A stretch of 29,315 nucleotides of DNA, taken from the UHGV virus genome UHGV-0059448; one strand, 5' to 3'. Source of the DNA: a virus. A program made the translations under genes and the position numbers. The notes below the pieces were generated by a model that was not told the DNA's origin, did no database searches, and saw nothing but the letters and a program-made list of their open reading frames with translations. Shown here one piece after another: positions 27,089 through 29,315 of this stretch (positions within the stretch are counted from its first letter, which is position 1; every line of letters starts with the position of its first letter).

Positions 27089-27447
27089 GCGGACTCCATT
27101 TCAGTAATGGTTAGCTCAAGCCGCCCACCTTTGACGACAGGCATTCTCTTCACGCTGTAGTAGTCAACCTGCTGGTCATCGAGCCAGAAACCCGATTTCG
27201 TCAGCGCGTCAAAAGCGGCCTTTTGCAGATTATCCAGGTCACGGCGACGGCGATCCGGCATGTGGCACTCAATGCGGATTTTCACAGGCATAGCCAGACC
27301 GATATCCAGCATTGCGTTTTTAATGATTCGGGCGACGTTATCGCGGTATGCCTGCCCTTCTGCGCTGATGTGCGTGCGCCCGCGATTATGGCGGTAGTAG
27401 CGGTTATTGCTCGGCGGCCAGGGCAATGTGATGTTGTAAGTATTCAC
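27085..27447 (-). CDS. rusA: Holliday junction resolvase RusA
   Basis: GTG start at 27447 overlapping the ybcO-like stop (GTGA) gives a 120-aa product [37 protein letters not shown]... matching E. coli RusA as recalled; the ORF-track start at 27510 would add 21 non-conserved residues. Confidence 0.9.
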   Translation of the reverse strand: MNTYNITLPWPPSNNRYYRHNRGRTHISAEGQAYRDNVARIIKNAMLDIGLAMPVKIRIECHMPDRRRRDLDNLQKAAFDALTKSGFWLDDQQVDYYSVKRMPVVKGGRLELTITEMESA

Positions 27448-27734
27448 GCCTTGATTACCCCCTCTTTCAGCCAGATAACCTGCGTTCTCGCCATACCTTC
27501 CAGCGCGCATTCTTTAGCATACTCAGCATCGACAAAATGTGTACGGCGGTCGATCTCGTCGTGACAGGCAGAGCATGCAATGGTGGCAATAAGGTCTGGC
27601 GGTTTAATACCGGTGCCGCACAATCCAGCCAGCCGGATATGTGCCAGTACAGACGTTTCAGGATTGCCATTACATACGCCAGGGATTCTTACCTGGCATT
27701 CCCGACCACGCGCTGCTTTTCTCAAATCAGCCAT
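27444..27734 (-). CDS. ybcO: YbcO-like Cys-rich protein (DUF1364 family, putative nuclease)
   Basis: 96-aa [38 protein letters not shown]... closely matching DLP12 YbcO as recalled; ATG at 27734 overlaps the ninE 3' end. Confidence 0.8.
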   Translation of the reverse strand: MADLRKAARGRECQVRIPGVCNGNPETSVLAHIRLAGLCGTGIKPPDLIATIACSACHDEIDRRTHFVDAEYAKECALEGMARTQVIWLKEGVIKA

Positions 27735-27897
27735 GTGACCTCCGCGCTTTCAGGCGATCCCATTTCACCTGGGTCAGTCGCGCGGTGTAGCCGAGCAGTG
27801 ATGGGATTTCGGATGGCTTGAGTTCAGGCTTGCGCTTAGTGCGTGTCCGGACCCGGTAGATTTCGTTGGTGATGATGCGAGCGAGAGGGCTAGCCAT
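27727..27897 (-). CDS. ninE: NinE-like protein (56 aa)
   Basis: ATG at 27897 overlapping the ninB stop (TAATG); product [56 protein letters not shown]; below the ORF-track cutoff; position between ninB and ybcO as in DLP12-type nin regions. Confidence 0.75.
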   Translation of the reverse strand: MASPLARIITNEIYRVRTRTKRKPELKPSEIPSLLGYTARLTQVKWDRLKARRSHG

Positions 27898-28334
27898 TAC
27901 GCAACCCTCCCGAAGTAATCACCTGAGTAGCGAACTTCACGGAGTTGCACGCCGTTTTGCACAGCAAATGCCTGGCTGTATTCGATGAGACTGGTCATGC
28001 GACGGATGCCCATCTTCGCAGTGCTTTCCCGGATGGCGCAGAACTCCCCTTCCAGACCCGGCACCACTTCACCAGGCTTACCGGTGGCAATGGCATGGCC
28101 TGAGACATACAGGACTTTCCATGAAGCGAGGTCGCGCGACTTGCCAGCCCATTGCAATTGCTTCGCTGTATCGCCACAGAGAGCGTGGAAGAGGTCGTTT
28201 TGGGCGAGAGTGCGGTCAGCCTCAGAAAACTTCACCACGAGCGGCAGAGCGTCGTTAACAGGCAGCTTCCTGATGTAGTCGATGAGGTTATCGCGAACGC
28301 GTTCGTCGCGGAGGTAGAAAACAGGCTGTTTCAT
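27897..28334 (-). CDS. ninB: recombination protein NinB
   Basis: ATG at 28334 (MKQPVFYLRDERV...) with GGAGGTG SD, preferred over the upstream start at 28382; 146-aa product with ...LAQN...ASWK...VVPGLEGEF... resembling lambda NinB. Confidence 0.85.
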   Translation of the reverse strand: MKQPVFYLRDERVRDNLIDYIRKLPVNDALPLVVKFSEADRTLAQNDLFHALCGDTAKQLQWAGKSRDLASWKVLYVSGHAIATGKPGEVVPGLEGEFCAIRESTAKMGIRRMTSLIEYSQAFAVQNGVQLREVRYSGDYFGRVA

Positions 28335-28421
28335 ACGCCACCTCCGAGAGGTAACGCAGAATACAGAAAATCGCAGGTACATTTCTGCATCTGTGACAAG
28401 GTGAGAAGTTCATATTGTGGT

Positions 28422-28445
28422 CGCATTTAAGTCCCCTTAAATGCG
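28422..28445. repeat. perfect 10-bp inverted repeat CGCATTTAAG-TCCC-CTTAAATGCG upstream of ninB
   Basis: Read directly from the sequence; lies between the stop of the 166-aa gene (28523) and the ninB start (28334); no adjacent U-tract on either strand, so not a classical intrinsic terminator. Confidence 0.8.
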
Positions 28446-28522
28446 CAGAAGTCACCGGAGTTGTTCAGGCTCCGATGACATGATTATGGCTGGTTGATTT
28501 TGGAAAATCAATTGCGCTGAGT

Positions 28523-29023
28523 TTAATCAGCAAGATCCTCATCTGTTACAACCATGAAGTTAAAGAATGAAATAGCATTTATCCATTGCGCGTAAATATC
28601 GCTGCTCATGCTGTTGGGCTCCTCTCCCCGGAAGAAAGCATCCGGTCCGACTTGATAGTTGAGCTCTTCAAAGAGCTCCATATTCAATTGGCTTAAGAAG
28701 AATTGTTTTAGCTCTCTTATATCAAGCTTGTCATCATTTTCGGTATGATCTTTTATGCTCTCCATTGCCAGGTTAAGGCATCGAACTATATTGGCAGCGT
28801 CATAGAAATCCCACTCTGCACCTCTTTTGCCCTTTGAGAAAGAATTAGCTTTTTCGGCAGTGGATTTTAGAAGCTCATACAGGCTCATTCTGCTTTGGAT
28901 TTTTAGTGCTTTTGCTGCCGTCTGCCTGCTTGCAATAGCAGCCCAGGCAGAGGCGATGGCCGCGGCGACTGAAAAACCGGAAATGATTACCTCTGAATGT
29001 TGCTTTATATATTCGAATATCAT
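28523..29023 (-). CDS. membrane-anchored hypothetical protein (166 aa), accessory
   Basis: ATG at 29023; N-terminal hydrophobic helix (VIISGFSVAAAIASAWAAIAS) then a charged soluble domain; AT-rich; sits between the replication-side gene and ninB, flanked by hairpin elements. Confidence 0.6.
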   Translation of the reverse strand: MIFEYIKQHSEVIISGFSVAAAIASAWAAIASRQTAAKALKIQSRMSLYELLKSTAEKANSFSKGKRGAEWDFYDAANIVRCLNLAMESIKDHTENDDKLDIRELKQFFLSQLNMELFEELNYQVGPDAFFRGEEPNSMSSDIYAQWINAISFFNFMVVTDEDLAD

Positions 29024-29038
29024 ATCTGTGCACTCAGA

Positions 29039-29077
29039 AGCTGAGCCACGTTTTTGTGGCGGAGCTCAGCTTTTTTT
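29039..29077 (+). terminator. terminator-like hairpin with T7 tract (plus-strand sense)
   Basis: GCTGAGC ... GCTCAGC stem (7 bp, with an inner CAC/GTG stem and bulge) followed by TTTTTTT at 29071..29077; on the minus strand it sits in the 5' leader of the 166-aa gene. Confidence 0.4.
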
Positions 29078-29135
29078 GACTAACAATGAAAATAAAAATA
29101 CTAGATTTAAATTATCTCGTCGAATGGGTTCTGCA

Positions 29136-29315
29136 TCACTTCACCTTCCACTGCGGTGCTGCTGCAATCATCGCGCGGTATGCAGCCTGCATGTCGTTGT
29201 CATCATCGTCTGTGTACGGAGCCGAATCCCATGCTGCACGCATATCCGGAGTAAGCTCAACCGGCACCATCACCCAACCATCTGGAATCACCGTTGCATT
29301 TCCACCCTGAACAGT
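29136..29315 (-). CDS. hypothetical phage protein, 3' end only (5' part beyond window end)
   Basis: Minus-strand frame open from the window edge to TGA at 29138..29136; C-terminal 59 aa ...LTPDMRAAWDSAPYTDDDDNDMQAAYRAMIAAAPQWKVK; not in the ORF track because its start lies outside the window. Confidence 0.5.
   Translation of the reverse strand, partial: TVQGGNATVIPDGWVMVPVELTPDMRAAWDSAPYTDDDDNDMQAAYRAMIAAAPQWKVK

Noticed and set aside
29086-29310. Plus-strand ORF of 74 aa at the window end
   Set aside because: Overlaps antisense the well-formed 3' end of a minus-strand gene (29136..29315); no ribosome binding site.

Overview
Reverse-oriented segment of a lambda-like (lambdoid) prophage, coded almost entirely on the minus strand. 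Reading the minus strand from high to low coordinates: 3' end of an upstream gene; a membrane-anchored accessory gene; nin-region genes (ninB, ninE, ybcO-like, rusA, a 46-codon coupled ORF); a putative Q-type antiterminator; late promoter/terminator region; a phage-21-type lysis cassette (dual-start holin, SAR endolysin, Rz with embedded Rz1); a two-gene accessory operon (small protein plus ClpP-fold serine peptidase) and a 243-aa unknown gene; a lambda-like cos site; the complete lambda-type head and tail operon (Nu1, A, W, B, C/Nu3, D, E, FI, FII, Z, U, V, G/G-T, H, M, L, K, I, J); a divergently transcribed lipoprotein moron; a tail fiber gene; and a small gene behind a LexA box. The best candidate for an undescribed system is the small-protein plus peptidase operon at 22518..23780. 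No rRNA, tRNA, CRISPR array or transposase was found. All homology statements come from recognising the translated ORFs from memory, not from database searches; start codons were re-checked against the sequence because the ORF track reports TTG/GTG starts as M.
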